DNA of 64,000 bases from Fusobacteriales bacterium (GTDB taxonomy: Bacteria; Fusobacteriota; Fusobacteriia; Fusobacteriales; Fusobacteriaceae): NCBI GenBank assembly GCA_020063625.1, contig JAICDD010000003.1, positions 16,833 through 80,832 on the forward strand. The letters are read 5' to 3'. How positions within the stretch are numbered: position 1 is the stretch's first letter; every line of letters starts with the position of its first letter. A program made the translations under genes and the position numbers. A model generated the notes under the pieces. It was not told where the DNA came from, made no database searches, and saw nothing but the letters and a program-made list of their open reading frames with translations. Of the stretch, positions 50,263-61,747 are shown piece by piece.

Positions 50263-52404
50263 TTACATCAAATTCATTGGATCTACATCAATTACTATTC
50301 TTACACTACTATTTTTTTGCTTATTTACATTTTCTACAATATCTTTTTTTATTTTATTTATCTCTTTTCTATTTCCTTTAATAAATATTTGATATCTATA
50401 TCTAGATTTTATTTTAAATATAGGTGCTTCTATTGGACCATATATTTCTAAATTATTATTTTTATTTATTAAAATATCATATAACTGTTTTGCTTTTTTA
50501 TATACTTTATCTACATCCATTCCAGATATAATTATATTTATAATTCTTGAAAATGGTGGATAATTTAACATTTGACGATTTTTTATCTCTTTATTATAAA
50601 ACTCTTCATAATTATGACTTATAACTGATAAAATACTATAATGTTCTGGGTTATATGTTTGAATTAACACTTCCCCCTCTTTTTTATCTCTCCCCGCACG
50701 TCCAGCTGTTTGTGATATAAGTTGAAATGTTTTTTCGCCAGCTCTAAAATCTGGAAAATTTAATATTGTATCTGCTGTAATAATCCCTACTAATGTTACA
50801 TCAGGAAAATGAAATCCTTTAGAAATTATTTGTGTTCCTATCATTATATCATATTTTTTATTATAAAAATCATTATATATTTTTGTATAACTATCTCTCT
50901 CTTTTGTTGTATCTGCATCTACTCTTATTATTCTACTATCTTTAAAATATTTTTTTAATTCATCCTCTATCTTTTCAGTACCTTTTCCAGAATATTTTAA
51001 ATTAGTGCTACCACAACTACTGCATTTATTACTATATTTTCTTGTATATCCACAATAATTACATTTATATTTTTTACTACTTGCATAAAAATTAAGTGAT
51101 ACAGCACAATTTGGGCACTCTTCTACATGTCCACACTCTTTACATTGAATATATGTAGAATATCCTTTTCTATTTATAAAAAATATTACTTGATTATTTT
51201 TTCTAAGCTCTTCTATTGTTCTATCTATAAGTTTTTTACTAAAATATTCATTTTCTTCATTTTTCATATCTATTATATTTATTTTAGGCATTTTTATATT
51301 ATTAAATCTTTTTTTTAATTCAATTAATTCAAAAATACCGTTTTGTGCAAAATAATAACTCTCTATTGATGGAGTTGCACTACCAAAAATAACCTTACAA
51401 TTATCAAGTTCAGCTCTTTTTATTGCTACATATTTTGCATTATATCTTGGATTACTATCCTGCTTGTATGTTGTTTCATGTTCTTCATCTATTATTATAT
51501 ATTTTAAATTTTTTACTGGTGCAAATATTGCAGAACGTACTCCTAGTACAATTTTTTTATTTCCATTATATATATTTAACCATTCTTTCTTTCTATCACT
51601 ATTTGTAAGTTTACTATGTAATATTGCTATTTGTTCTCCAAATTCTATTTCAAATCTTTTTATCATTTGTGGAGTAAGTGATATTTCAGGTAATAAAAAT
51701 ATTGCTCCTCTGTTTTCTTTAATAGCATCTCTTATAAGTTGTATATATACTTCTGTTTTTCCTGAGCCTGTTACTCCATAAAGTAAATAATATTTTTTAT
51801 CTCCTGTTATTATTTTATCTTTTGCTAATTTTTGTTCTTCATTTAATTCTATTTTATTATTATTTAATACAACTTTTTTATCTTTAAAGTTATTATAATC
51901 ATTTTTTATATTAAAATCTTGATTTACTTCTTCTATTATTTTATTTTTTATTAATTTATCAATATATCCTTTTGTATATCTATTATACAATGTTTTGAGC
52001 TTATATTTTTCTTTTTTCTTTATATAAATCAAAAACTCTTCATCTTTTTCATTAGCTGGTAAAAATTCATTTGCAAATTTATAATATCTTTCTATCTCTG
52101 CTTTTAAATCTTTTGGATAAATACTATCTATTAATTGAGAAAAACTACATAAATAATGATTCTGTATCCATAAAAAAAGCTCTATTAATTTTTTATCAAA
52201 TTTTATTTCACCATAAAGCTTTTGTAAAATTTTATTTACTTTAAATGGAAACTCTGTTTCTTGTGAATTAGAAACTACAAGTCCTATTTTCTTTCTATTC
52301 ATAAACATTACTAGGACATGTTCGCCTATTTCATATTCATTATTTTCATCTAAATAAACATAAAATCCTTCTTGTCCATAAATATATAAATTTAAATATC
52401 TCAT
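50263..52404 (-). CDS. priA: primosomal protein N'
   Basis: GVTGSGKT, IIDEEHE, CxxC Zn repeats, QTAGRAGR. Confidence 0.95.
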   Translation of the reverse strand: MRYLNLYIYGQEGFYVYLDENNEYEIGEHVLVMFMNRKKIGLVVSNSQETEFPFKVNKILQKLYGEIKFDKKLIELFLWIQNHYLCSFSQLIDSIYPKDLKAEIERYYKFANEFLPANEKDEEFLIYIKKKEKYKLKTLYNRYTKGYIDKLIKNKIIEEVNQDFNIKNDYNNFKDKKVVLNNNKIELNEEQKLAKDKIITGDKKYYLLYGVTGSGKTEVYIQLIRDAIKENRGAIFLLPEISLTPQMIKRFEIEFGEQIAILHSKLTNSDRKKEWLNIYNGNKKIVLGVRSAIFAPVKNLKYIIIDEEHETTYKQDSNPRYNAKYVAIKRAELDNCKVIFGSATPSIESYYFAQNGIFELIELKKRFNNIKMPKINIIDMKNEENEYFSKKLIDRTIEELRKNNQVIFFINRKGYSTYIQCKECGHVEECPNCAVSLNFYASSKKYKCNYCGYTRKYSNKCSSCGSTNLKYSGKGTEKIEDELKKYFKDSRIIRVDADTTKERDSYTKIYNDFYNKKYDIMIGTQIISKGFHFPDVTLVGIITADTILNFPDFRAGEKTFQLISQTAGRAGRDKKEGEVLIQTYNPEHYSILSVISHNYEEFYNKEIKNRQMLNYPPFSRIINIIISGMDVDKVYKKAKQLYDILINKNNNLEIYGPIEAPIFKIKSRYRYQIFIKGNRKEINKIKKDIVENVNKQKNSSVRIVIDVDPMNLM

Positions 52405-53768
52405 ATTTTACCTTTTTTATTATTTATATAATTTTTATATGCTAAAATCATTGCTCTTGCTTTATTGATAGTTTCTTTATACTCTCTTTCAGGATTGGAA
52501 TCATACACAATTCCTGCTCCTACTTGAAAGTATGCTTTATTATTTTTCTGTATAAAACTTCTTATTATAATATTAAAATCTATATTTCCATTAAAATCTA
52601 TATATCCTATACTTCCAGTATACAATGCTCTTTTCGTAGGCTCTAATTCCTCTATAATCTCCATAGTTCTTATTTTAGGAGCTCCTGTTATTGTCCCTCC
52701 AGGAAACATAGCATTTATTACGTCAAATCCATCATATTTTTCATCTAATTCTCCTATAATATTAGATACTATATGCATTACATGAGAATATTTTTCTATT
52801 ACCATAAATTCATCTACTTTTACAGTTCCTATTTTAGATATTTTCCCTATATCATTTCTCTCTAAATCAACAAGCATAACATGTTCTGCTAATTCTTTTT
52901 CATCTACTTTTAATTCTTTTTCAAAATTTATATTATCTAATTGATTATCTTTTTTTATTCTTCTAGTCCCTGCTATAGGTCTTGTTTCTATTTTATTATT
53001 TTCTAATTTTACCAACCTCTCTGGAGATTGACTAATAAGTCTAAATTCTTTTAAGTTTACAAATGATGCAAATGGAGATGGATTTATTTTTCTAAGTATC
53101 TCATACAGATAAAAACAATCTTTATCTGGAATATCTGTCATAAATCTTTGACTAAGATTTACTTGAAATACATCTCCTTCTTTTATATAATATTTTGCTT
53201 TTTCTACAATTTTTTCAAATTGCTCTTTTGGCATATTTGGTATAAATTTTTCTATATCTTTCCAATCAATGTCTTCTTCGCTTATCTCTATTTTATCTTC
53301 TATTTTTATTTCTTTATTCCATTTAAATTTTTCATCTAAATAGTTTAATTCATAAAATTCATTAGTTTTTTCATTTTTTACTATTATTAAATCAGGCATT
53401 ACAAAATAAATATCTTCTATTCCTAAATCATCATTTGATAAATTTGGTAATTTTTCTATATATCTATTGTAATCATAGGAAACTACTCCTATTAATCCTC
53501 CATTAAAAAATGGATAATTATATTTTTTCTTATTATTTTTATTTAATATTTCTCTAGCTATATTAATATGTTCTTTTTTTATTTCATTATTAAATTTTAC
53601 TATATTATTTTTTAGGGTAATTTTATTATTAAAATAAGCACATATATATGAATAATTTGATAAATTACTTTTGTTTGCCGAATCAAGTATTATAAATTCT
53701 TCTGAAAAATTTTCTTTGTTTAATTTATAAAAATCAATAATTGAAATATTACTTTCAAATAACTTCAC
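52401..53768 (-). CDS. chorismate-binding enzyme component I (aminodeoxychorismate synthase PabB / TrpE family)
   Basis: [46 protein letters not shown]. Confidence 0.88.
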   Translation of the reverse strand: MKLFESNISIIDFYKLNKENFSEEFIILDSANKSNLSNYSYICAYFNNKITLKNNIVKFNNEIKKEHINIAREILNKNNKKKYNYPFFNGGLIGVVSYDYNRYIEKLPNLSNDDLGIEDIYFVMPDLIIVKNEKTNEFYELNYLDEKFKWNKEIKIEDKIEISEEDIDWKDIEKFIPNMPKEQFEKIVEKAKYYIKEGDVFQVNLSQRFMTDIPDKDCFYLYEILRKINPSPFASFVNLKEFRLISQSPERLVKLENNKIETRPIAGTRRIKKDNQLDNINFEKELKVDEKELAEHVMLVDLERNDIGKISKIGTVKVDEFMVIEKYSHVMHIVSNIIGELDEKYDGFDVINAMFPGGTITGAPKIRTMEIIEELEPTKRALYTGSIGYIDFNGNIDFNIIIRSFIQKNNKAYFQVGAGIVYDSNPEREYKETINKARAMILAYKNYINNKKGKI

Positions 53769-53772
53769 TTGT

Positions 53773-55737
53773 TTACTCCTCTAGTTTTATTTTTATTAAT
53801 GTATTTTTTCTAAGTTCTACTCCTGGTTGTGGGTATTGATAAACTACTTTTCCATCTCCACTTATTTCAAGTTTAAATTCTGTATCTTTAAAAGTAGCCA
53901 TCACATCTCTATATGTTAATCCTTTTAATTCTGGCATATATTTCAAATTAAATTCTGGTTTATTATACTCTATTTTTTCTTCTTTTAATTCTTCTACATC
54001 TATTTCTGGTGGTATATTTTTATATTTAAAAATTCTTTTCATTACATTTTTAAATACAGGTGCTAATATACTTCCACCATATACATTTTTATCACTTTTA
54101 GGGTCATCTGCTACTAATAATACTAAATATTCTGGTTTTTCTAAAGGATAAAACCCCATAAATGATACTATATATTTATCATCAGAATATTTTCCATTTT
54201 CACTTTTTTGTGAAGTCCCTGTTTTCCCTCCTATACTGTATCCATTAATTTTTGCTTTTTTCCCAGTTCCCTCTTCTACTACTTTATATAATATTTTTTT
54301 TATTGTTTCTGATGTTCCTTTTGATATAATATTATCTCTTAAAACTTCAGTTTTATATTCTTTAACTATCTCACCTTCTGGTGTAATTATTTGTTTTATT
54401 ACTCTAGGCTTATAAAGAGTTCCTCCATTTATAACAGCACTAAAAGCATTTATCATCTGTATTGGAGTTACTGCTATTCCTTGTCCAAATGACATTGTAT
54501 ATTTTTTTAATCCATCCCATTTTTCATAAGGCTTTTGATTTATATAAATTTCATTTGGTAAATTAATATTTGTTTTTTCATAAAATCCAAACTTTTTAAG
54601 ATACTCTTCAAAAGTTTTTGCTTCTATTTTTTCAGCTATTTTTACCATTCCTACATTACTTGATTTTATTAATACATCTTCTAATTTCAATATTCCTCTA
54701 GAAGAATGACTACTATCTCTGATTACTGCATCATATTTTACAATTTTCCCTTCTGAGTTATCAAAAGTATCTTTTGTTGAAACTAATTTTTCTTCTAGTG
54801 CTGCAGATACAATTATTGGTTTCATTACTGAACCAGGTTCATAAATATTTTGTATCACTGTATCTTTTGTATATGCTATTTTATTAACTGGAAGTGATAC
54901 TAATGAAAGTATCTCTCCATTATTAGGATTCATTATTATTCCTGAAGCCCAATTTGGTTTATAATCATTATACATACTTATTAATTCTTCGTATAAAATA
55001 TATTGCATAAAATAATCTATTGTTAAAACTACATTATTACCATCTGGATTTAAGTCATTATTATTATTTTTAAATGATGAAAACATAGGTAATTCTCTTT
55101 TTCTTGTTTTTTCTACATAACTAATAATTTTCTCTTTTTTACCTTTTAATTCTTCCTCATATTCTTTTTCTACTCCAAATTTACCTACTTTTATATTTTC
55201 TTCATTATATCCCAAAAATCCTATTATATGTCTAAATAATTTTTCATTAGCGTATTTTCTAACATTAGATGCTTCAAAAGTTATATAACTATATTTATAT
55301 AAATTATCTTTTTTTAATTCTTTTATCAATTCTTCTTTTCTTTTTTCATCTAACATATTAATTATTTTTAAATATTTTCTACCTTCTTTATATTTTGTTT
55401 TTAATGTTTTTTCAAAAGAAGATTTTTTTTCATTAATATATTTTGACAAAATTTCACTATATTCTTCTTCTATATTATCTTTTACAATATTATATGGATT
55501 TAAAATTATATAAAAATAAGTGATATCATAAGCTAATTCATCACCATTTTTTGATAAAATTTTCCCTCTTTTACCTTCTAAATTATAATTTTTGATTATT
55601 TGTGATTTTACAATCTCTTTATATTTTTTACTTTGAATAACTTGTAAACTAAATAATCTTCCTATCAGAATAATAAAAATAAAAACTATAAATAAAAAAA
55701 ATCTTTTTAATCTATTATTAAATTCCAAATTCATCAC
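53773..55737 (-). CDS. class B penicillin-binding protein (FtsI-like) with PASTA domain
   Basis: N-terminal TM; EPGSVMK (SxxK), SSN, KTG; C-terminal PASTA (QYPQPG). Confidence 0.9.
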   Translation of the reverse strand: MMNLEFNNRLKRFFLFIVFIFIILIGRLFSLQVIQSKKYKEIVKSQIIKNYNLEGKRGKILSKNGDELAYDITYFYIILNPYNIVKDNIEEEYSEILSKYINEKKSSFEKTLKTKYKEGRKYLKIINMLDEKRKEELIKELKKDNLYKYSYITFEASNVRKYANEKLFRHIIGFLGYNEENIKVGKFGVEKEYEEELKGKKEKIISYVEKTRKRELPMFSSFKNNNNDLNPDGNNVVLTIDYFMQYILYEELISMYNDYKPNWASGIIMNPNNGEILSLVSLPVNKIAYTKDTVIQNIYEPGSVMKPIIVSAALEEKLVSTKDTFDNSEGKIVKYDAVIRDSSHSSRGILKLEDVLIKSSNVGMVKIAEKIEAKTFEEYLKKFGFYEKTNINLPNEIYINQKPYEKWDGLKKYTMSFGQGIAVTPIQMINAFSAVINGGTLYKPRVIKQIITPEGEIVKEYKTEVLRDNIISKGTSETIKKILYKVVEEGTGKKAKINGYSIGGKTGTSQKSENGKYSDDKYIVSFMGFYPLEKPEYLVLLVADDPKSDKNVYGGSILAPVFKNVMKRIFKYKNIPPEIDVEELKEEKIEYNKPEFNLKYMPELKGLTYRDVMATFKDTEFKLEISGDGKVVYQYPQPGVELRKNTLIKIKLEE

Positions 55738-55745
55738 CTTAGGTA

Positions 55746-56534
55746 TTATATCATACTTTTTACTAATTTAAAATATTCTTTTTCCACTAAGTGAATGATT
55801 TCGCTTTTTTTATATTTTGTATTTTCATACTCAGATACCCATAAACATCCTAATTTCATTAATGAATTTGATACAAATATAGAATCTGCTTCTAGTAAAT
55901 TTTTAGTTGTATAATGTCCCTCTTGTACCTTTATACTATTTTTTTGTAATATTTCTATTATTTTTTTTCTTATAATTCCATCTAAAATATTTAAATCCAA
56001 ACTTGGAGTAAATACTATATTATCTTTTATAAAAAATATATTTGAAATAGTTCCTTCTGTTATAATATTATTTCTATTTTTAAAGACTCCTTCAAAACCA
56101 TTCTTTTCTAATACTTCTTTTCTAGCTAAAATATTTAATAAATAGTTTCCACTTTTTAAAAATCCTATTTCATTTTGATAATATTTTTCTATATTTACAA
56201 GTTTTATTCCATTTTCAAAATATCTATGTGAAAAATTTTCGATTTTTACAAATATTTTTTCACTACTTACTTGAATTTTCAACATGAATTCATCATTTAA
56301 ATTTCTTTCATTATTTATAAAACTATATAAATAATCTTTTTCTATTTTTTTATCAATCCCTAAAAATTTCATTGAATTTTCTAATCTTTTTAAATGTTCA
56401 TCTAAAAAAATTAATCTCTTTTTATACCCCATAATAGTTTCAAATAGTGATAAACCATAAAAAAAATCTTCTCCTACTGGAGATTCATTGTACATTTTTT
56501 CATTTAAATAATACATATTTTCTCCTTTTTTCAC
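55746..56534 (-). CDS. class IV aminotransferase (PabC-like ADC lyase)
   Basis: YGLSLFETI, HLKRL, KSGNY, EGTISNIF, LDGIIR. Confidence 0.85.
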   Translation of the reverse strand: MKKGENMYYLNEKMYNESPVGEDFFYGLSLFETIMGYKKRLIFLDEHLKRLENSMKFLGIDKKIEKDYLYSFINNERNLNDEFMLKIQVSSEKIFVKIENFSHRYFENGIKLVNIEKYYQNEIGFLKSGNYLLNILARKEVLEKNGFEGVFKNRNNIITEGTISNIFFIKDNIVFTPSLDLNILDGIIRKKIIEILQKNSIKVQEGHYTTKNLLEADSIFVSNSLMKLGCLWVSEYENTKYKKSEIIHLVEKEYFKLVKSMI

Positions 56535-56599
56535 ATTCTATATTAATTATAATACATTATTTATAATATTTCAAAAAATAATTTAAAAACTCTATGATA

Positions 56600-56642
56600 A
56601 ATTTAAAACGAGCTCTTTAAACTCAAGAACTCGTTCAATTAA
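56600..56642. repeat. REP-like palindrome copy
   Basis: TTTAAAACGAGCTCTT-taaactc-AAGAACTCGTTCAATT. Confidence 0.78.
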
Positions 56643-56654
56643 TCTATTTTTTTA

Positions 56655-57302
56655 TTAATATTCTATTTTATATTCCACAACTATTGATGAAATTATTGTA
56701 TAATTATTTGCTGCTATGCTTTTTCTACTCATTTCATAACTATACATTGGTGACACACTACTGCTATTTTCTATTATATTTTGGATTTTCCCTAATTTTA
56801 AATCTTGTGATTCCAATAATTTTTTTGCTTTTCCCTTTGCATCTTCTAATGCTAATATTTTTGCTTTTTCTTCTAATTTTTCTCTATTTTTTACATCAAA
56901 ACTTACATTCCAAATATTATTTACACCATTTTTTACTAATGAATCTATTATATTTCCAAGACTCTCTATGTTTTCTATCTGAATTTCTAAAGAATTATTT
57001 ATTTTATACACTTTTTTAGAATTTTTATCATTATAATCCTCTTTATCATAATATAAACTATAATTTAAAGTATTAATATTTTTTTCCTCTATTCCAAATT
57101 TTAAAAGTTCTGATATTATATTTGATACTTTAGTATCATTTTCTTCTATTGCTTTTGATACATCTATATTTTCAGTCATTACTGCAAAATTTATCCTAGC
57201 TATATCTGGTTTTGTATTTATCTTCCCTATCCCTGTTACCTTTATTGTCCCAGCAAAAACTACATTACTTATTACTATTAATAGTAATAATATTTTTTTC
57301 AT
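56655..57302 (-). CDS. SIMPL/DUF541 family periplasmic protein
   Basis: Signal peptide; IKVTGIGKINTKPDIA, ALEDAKGKA; start moved to ATG 57302. Confidence 0.88.
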   Translation of the reverse strand: MKKILLLLIVISNVVFAGTIKVTGIGKINTKPDIARINFAVMTENIDVSKAIEENDTKVSNIISELLKFGIEEKNINTLNYSLYYDKEDYNDKNSKKVYKINNSLEIQIENIESLGNIIDSLVKNGVNNIWNVSFDVKNREKLEEKAKILALEDAKGKAKKLLESQDLKLGKIQNIIENSSSVSPMYSYEMSRKSIAANNYTIISSIVVEYKIEY

Positions 57303-57324
57303 ATTAACCCCTTTCTTGAAATTA

Positions 57325-57711
57325 TTAATCAACTAATTTACCATGTTTTTCATAATTTGATATTTTAGTAATTTTATTATCATCATCTACAAATAAAACT
57401 TTTGGTTTATGAGTTTTTACTTCATTTGCATCTAGTTGACAATAAGCCATTATTATTATTTTATCATTTTTTTGTACCATTCTTGCTGCAGCTCCATTTA
57501 AACATATTACTCCACTTCCTCTTTCTCCTGCTATTGTATATGTTTCAAATCTAGCTCCATTATTTATATCTACTATATGTACTTTTTCATATTCATTTAT
57601 TCCCGCTTGCTCAAGTAATTCTATATCTATTGTTATACTCCCTACATAATCAAGTTCCGCTTGAGTAACAGTAGCTCTATGAATTTTTGCTTTTAACATA
57701 TTTAACAACAT
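57325..57711 (-). CDS. panD: aspartate 1-decarboxylase
   Basis: [16 protein letters not shown] (GS cleavage site), RFETY, LNGAAAR. Confidence 0.97.
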   Translation of the reverse strand: MLLNMLKAKIHRATVTQAELDYVGSITIDIELLEQAGINEYEKVHIVDINNGARFETYTIAGERGSGVICLNGAAARMVQKNDKIIIMAYCQLDANEVKTHKPKVLFVDDDNKITKISNYEKHGKLVD

Positions 57712-57751
57712 TGTTATTCCTCCATTTATTATAAAAAATTATTCTTTAAAT

Positions 57752-58612
57752 TTAATTAAATTTATAGTCAAAATTATCAATAAGTCTTGTTTTACCTATA
57801 TATACTGCCATTGCTACTAGTATATCATTTTTTATCTCTTCTACTTTTTCCAATGTATATAAATCAACTATTTCTACATAATCAATTTTAGCCAATGGTT
57901 CTTTTTCTATATTTTCTACTGCCATATCTATAATTTTTTTTACATTAGTTTCTTTATTATCTATCATTTCTCTTATTTTATCAAGAGTTTTTTTCAAAAT
58001 AGTAGCTGCTTCTCTTTCTTCTTGATTTAAATAACTATTTCTTGAACTTTTAGCAAGTCCATCTTCTTCTCTTACTATTTCACACCCTATTATTTCTATA
58101 TCAAAATTTAAATCTTTTACCATCTTTTTTATTATAGCTAATTGTTGTGCATCTTTTTTTCCGAAATATGCTCTATCTGGATTAACTATATTAAATAATT
58201 TTGTGACTACTGTAGCTACACCTTGAAAATGTCCCTCTCTTTTAGCTCCACAAAGCTCTTTATCTAAATTTTCTACATTTACAAAAGTGTATAATTTTTC
58301 TGGGTACATTTCACTTACTTTTGGATGGAATATTATATTTGCACCATTTTCCACTGCTACTTTTTTATCTCTTTCTAAATCTCTCGGATATTTATCTAAA
58401 TCTTCATTTGGACCAAATTGAATTGGATTAACAAATATACTTACTACTGTAATATCATTTTCATTAGAACTTCTCTTTATAAGAGATGCATGCCCTTCAT
58501 GTAAATATCCCATTGTAGGCACAAAACCTATTGTTTTATTATTTTTTCTATATTCTTTTAATGTTTTTCTAAGTTCATCTATTTTTTCTATTATTTTTAT
58601 CATTTTCATCAC
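57752..58612 (-). CDS. panC: pantoate--beta-alanine ligase
   Basis: VPTMGYLHEGH, FVNPIQF, FGKKDAQQ, SSRN, RLIDN. Confidence 0.97.
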   Translation of the reverse strand: MMKMIKIIEKIDELRKTLKEYRKNNKTIGFVPTMGYLHEGHASLIKRSSNENDITVVSIFVNPIQFGPNEDLDKYPRDLERDKKVAVENGANIIFHPKVSEMYPEKLYTFVNVENLDKELCGAKREGHFQGVATVVTKLFNIVNPDRAYFGKKDAQQLAIIKKMVKDLNFDIEIIGCEIVREEDGLAKSSRNSYLNQEEREAATILKKTLDKIREMIDNKETNVKKIIDMAVENIEKEPLAKIDYVEIVDLYTLEKVEEIKNDILVAMAVYIGKTRLIDNFDYKFN

Positions 58613-59440
58613 CTAATATAATTTTTCTATTACATCATCAGATATTGCAAAAGTATGCTCTTTTGCTGGAAAAACTTCTGTTTTTACCTCTTCTGCATAC
58701 TTATTAAATGCTCCTATAATTTCATTTCCAATATCTGCATAAGTTTTTACAAATTTTGGTTTAAATTCTGAAAACATATTTAACATATCCTGATATACTA
58801 ATACTTGTCCATCACATACATTTCCAGCACCTATTCCTATAGTTGGAATCGTCAATTCTTCTGATATAATTTTAGCTAATTTTTCTGGTACACATTCAAG
58901 TACTATTGCATAAGCTCCTGCTGCTTCTATTGCTTTTGCATCTTCTATAAGCTTTTTAGCTGCATCAACACTTTTCCCTTGTACTTTAAATCCTCCAAAT
59001 ATATTTACAGATTGAGGTGTAAGCCCAATATGACCTACTACTGGAATCTGAGCTCTTACAATAGCTTTTATTGTATCAGCCATTTCAATTCCACCTTCTA
59101 ATTTTACTGCTGTTGCATTAGTTTCTTTTATAAGTCTTCCTGCATTTTCTACTGCTTTTTCTATACTTACATGATATGACATAAATGGCATATCTACTAT
59201 TACCATTGTATTTTTAGCCCCTTTTACTACTGCTCTTGCATGATGTATCATATCTTCCATAGTTACTTGCAAAGTATTTTCATATCCTAACATCACCATT
59301 CCAAGTGAATCTCCTACAAGGATAGAGTCTATATTACTATTATCTACTAATTTTGCTATTGAATAATCATAAGCTGTTACCATAGTTAATTTCTCTTTAT
59401 TTTCTTTTGCTTCTATAAATTGAGGTACTGTTTTTTTCAT
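58613..59440 (-). CDS. panB: 3-methyl-2-oxobutanoate hydroxymethyltransferase
   Basis: [31 protein letters not shown]. Confidence 0.97.
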   Translation of the reverse strand: MKKTVPQFIEAKENKEKLTMVTAYDYSIAKLVDNSNIDSILVGDSLGMVMLGYENTLQVTMEDMIHHARAVVKGAKNTMVIVDMPFMSYHVSIEKAVENAGRLIKETNATAVKLEGGIEMADTIKAIVRAQIPVVGHIGLTPQSVNIFGGFKVQGKSVDAAKKLIEDAKAIEAAGAYAIVLECVPEKLAKIISEELTIPTIGIGAGNVCDGQVLVYQDMLNMFSEFKPKFVKTYADIGNEIIGAFNKYAEEVKTEVFPAKEHTFAISDDVIEKLY

Positions 59441-60267
59441 TATTTATCACTCCTTAATATTTCCACTAAACTCTCATAATCTTTATTTGTATTTTTTAAT
59501 TTAGATAATTTTATTAGATTTTCAGACAATCTTATATATAAATCTTTATCTATATCTTTTATTACATTTAAATGTTTTTTTATTGTTACAGTATCTGCTC
59601 TTTCAATAGGTCCAGTTACAGCTTTTTCTATATCTTTTGTTTTTATATTATTTATATTATTATCTATAAGTGGAAATATAGCTTTTTTAGCTTCTTTTTT
59701 TTCTATTCCACATTTACTTAAATAATTTATTCCAATATCTATCAATGATAAAACTAAGTTTGATACTATTACATTTGATAAATGATACATATCTTTTTTA
59801 TTTAAATCTATTTTTATTATTTTATTACCTAAATTATTAAAAAAATCTATTAAAAAATCTAGTTTTTCTGCATCTCCTTCAATAGAAAAAGTTGCTTTTT
59901 CTATATTTTTAGTATTATCATCTGAAAATGCAAACATAGGGTGTATAGAATATGCAAAATTATTCTCTATTTTTATTTCATTACTTGACAATGAGCCACT
60001 CATATGTATCAAGATTTTATTTTTTATTTTTAAATTTTCTAACTCTTTTTTTATATATTTTATATTATCATCATTTACTGTAATAAAAATAATATCTATT
60101 TTATTTACAAACTCTTTTAAATCAATAAAAAACTCAAACTCGTTATTATATTTTTTTATTTTTTCTTTATCAACTTCATAAAAACCTATTATATTAATCT
60201 CTTTCTTTTTAAAATATCTAGCTAATGATACTCCAACTTTACCAGAGCCTATAAATCCAATCTTCAT
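59440..60267 (-). CDS. Rossmann-like + DUF2520 protein (PanG-type ketopantoate reductase candidate)
   Basis: [26 protein letters not shown]; first gene of the pan operon. Confidence 0.82.
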   Translation of the reverse strand: MKIGFIGSGKVGVSLARYFKKKEINIIGFYEVDKEKIKKYNNEFEFFIDLKEFVNKIDIIFITVNDDNIKYIKKELENLKIKNKILIHMSGSLSSNEIKIENNFAYSIHPMFAFSDDNTKNIEKATFSIEGDAEKLDFLIDFFNNLGNKIIKIDLNKKDMYHLSNVIVSNLVLSLIDIGINYLSKCGIEKKEAKKAIFPLIDNNINNIKTKDIEKAVTGPIERADTVTIKKHLNVIKDIDKDLYIRLSENLIKLSKLKNTNKDYESLVEILRSDK

Positions 60268-60281
60268 TTATCCTCCGAAAT

Positions 60282-60345
60282 TATTACTAATTAGTAATAT
60301 TTTTTTATATGTAATTATTATACTAGTATTTAATTTTTATTTCAA
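60282..60345 (-). promoter_or_regulatory. pan operon promoter with downstream 18-bp perfect palindrome
   Basis: Minus strand TTGAAA (60345-60340), N17, TATAAT (60322-60317); TATTACTAATTAGTAATA at 60282-60299. Confidence 0.65.
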
Positions 60346-60428
60346 GCTTTTTTTACTTTTTAAATCAAAAAGTATAAATTAATTTTTACACATTTTGTAA
60401 ACTATAAGTTTACATTTTTGCTAAATAA

Positions 60429-60466
60429 CTTAAAAACGAGTCCTCTAATTAAGGACTCGTTCAAGT
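60429..60466. repeat. REP-like palindrome copy
   Basis: TTAAAAACGAGTCCT-ctaatta-AGGACTCGTTCAAG. Confidence 0.78.
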
Positions 60467-60485
60467 TAATTATATAATATTTTAA

Positions 60486-61727
60486 TTATTTATATAAAGG
60501 AAATTCTTTTGATAATTTATGTACTTCCTCTTTTACTTGTGATATAACTTCATCATTATCAATGTTTTCTAATACTTTTGTTATTAAATCAGCTATTTTT
60601 ATCATTTCAGCTTCTTTCATTCCTCTAGTAGTAACTGCTGGCGTTCCTAATCTTATTCCACTTGTTACAAATGGACTTTTAGTATCAAATGGTATTCCAT
60701 TTTTATTTGCAGTTATTTCAGCTTTTACAAGTGCTTTTTCAGCATCTTTTCCAGTAATATTTTTAGATGTAAGGTCTACAAGCATTAAATGATTATCAGT
60801 ACCTCCACTTACTATTCTAAATCCTCTTTCTTCTAAAGCTTTTGCTAAAGCTTTTGCATTTTTTACTACTTGTTTTTGATATTCCTTAAAATCATCTTGT
60901 AATGCTTCATAAAATGATACTGCTTTTGCAGCAATTATATGCATTAAAGGTCCACCTTGGATTCCAGGGAAAATTACTTTATTTATTTTAGTAGCAATTT
61001 CCTCATCATTAGTCATTATCATTCCACCTCTAGGACCTCTTAGAGTTTTATGAGTTGTTGTAGTTACTACATGTGCATAAGGTACTGGACTCATGTGCTC
61101 TCCTGCTGCTACTAATCCTGCTATATGTGCCATATCTACAAATAAATAAGCTCCTACTTCATCAGCTATCTCTCTAAATTTTTTAAAATCTATCTCTCTA
61201 GAATATGCACTAGCTCCTGCTATTATCATTTTTGGTTTATGCTCTAAAGCTAGTTCTCTAATATTATCATAATTTAACATTTCAGTTTCTTTATCTACAC
61301 CATAACTTACTATGTTATATAATTTCCCAGAAAAGTTTACATTTAAACCATGTGTTAAATGTCCTCCATGGTCAAGTCCCATTCCCATAACAGTATCTCC
61401 TACATTAATAAGAGCCATATATACTGCCATATTAGCTTGCGAACCTGAATGTGGTTGTACATTTACATAATTTACATTAAATAGTTTTTTAGCTCTTTCT
61501 ATAGCTAAAGTTTCTACTTCATCAACAAAGTGACATCCTCCATAATATCTTTTTCCTGGATATCCTTCAGCGTATTTATTTGTCAATACACTTCCCGCCG
61601 CTTCCATTACAGCTTTTGAGACAAAGTTTTCAGATGCTATAAGCTCAATACCTGATTCTTGTCTCTCTTCCTCTTTGACTACTACTTCATAAACTCCCAT
61701 ATCGACTTTTTTCAAATTTTCTAACAT
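60486..61727 (-). CDS. glyA: serine hydroxymethyltransferase
   Basis: [34 protein letters not shown]. Confidence 0.98.
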   Translation of the reverse strand: MLENLKKVDMGVYEVVVKEEERQESGIELIASENFVSKAVMEAAGSVLTNKYAEGYPGKRYYGGCHFVDEVETLAIERAKKLFNVNYVNVQPHSGSQANMAVYMALINVGDTVMGMGLDHGGHLTHGLNVNFSGKLYNIVSYGVDKETEMLNYDNIRELALEHKPKMIIAGASAYSREIDFKKFREIADEVGAYLFVDMAHIAGLVAAGEHMSPVPYAHVVTTTTHKTLRGPRGGMIMTNDEEIATKINKVIFPGIQGGPLMHIIAAKAVSFYEALQDDFKEYQKQVVKNAKALAKALEERGFRIVSGGTDNHLMLVDLTSKNITGKDAEKALVKAEITANKNGIPFDTKSPFVTSGIRLGTPAVTTRGMKEAEMIKIADLITKVLENIDNDEVISQVKEEVHKLSKEFPLYK

Positions 61728-61747
61728 ACTTCACCTCTTCTATATTT

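Noticed and set aside
60268-60420. pan RNA motif or riboswitch upstream of the pan operon
   Set aside because: The predicted leader is only ~40 nt with no stem-loops
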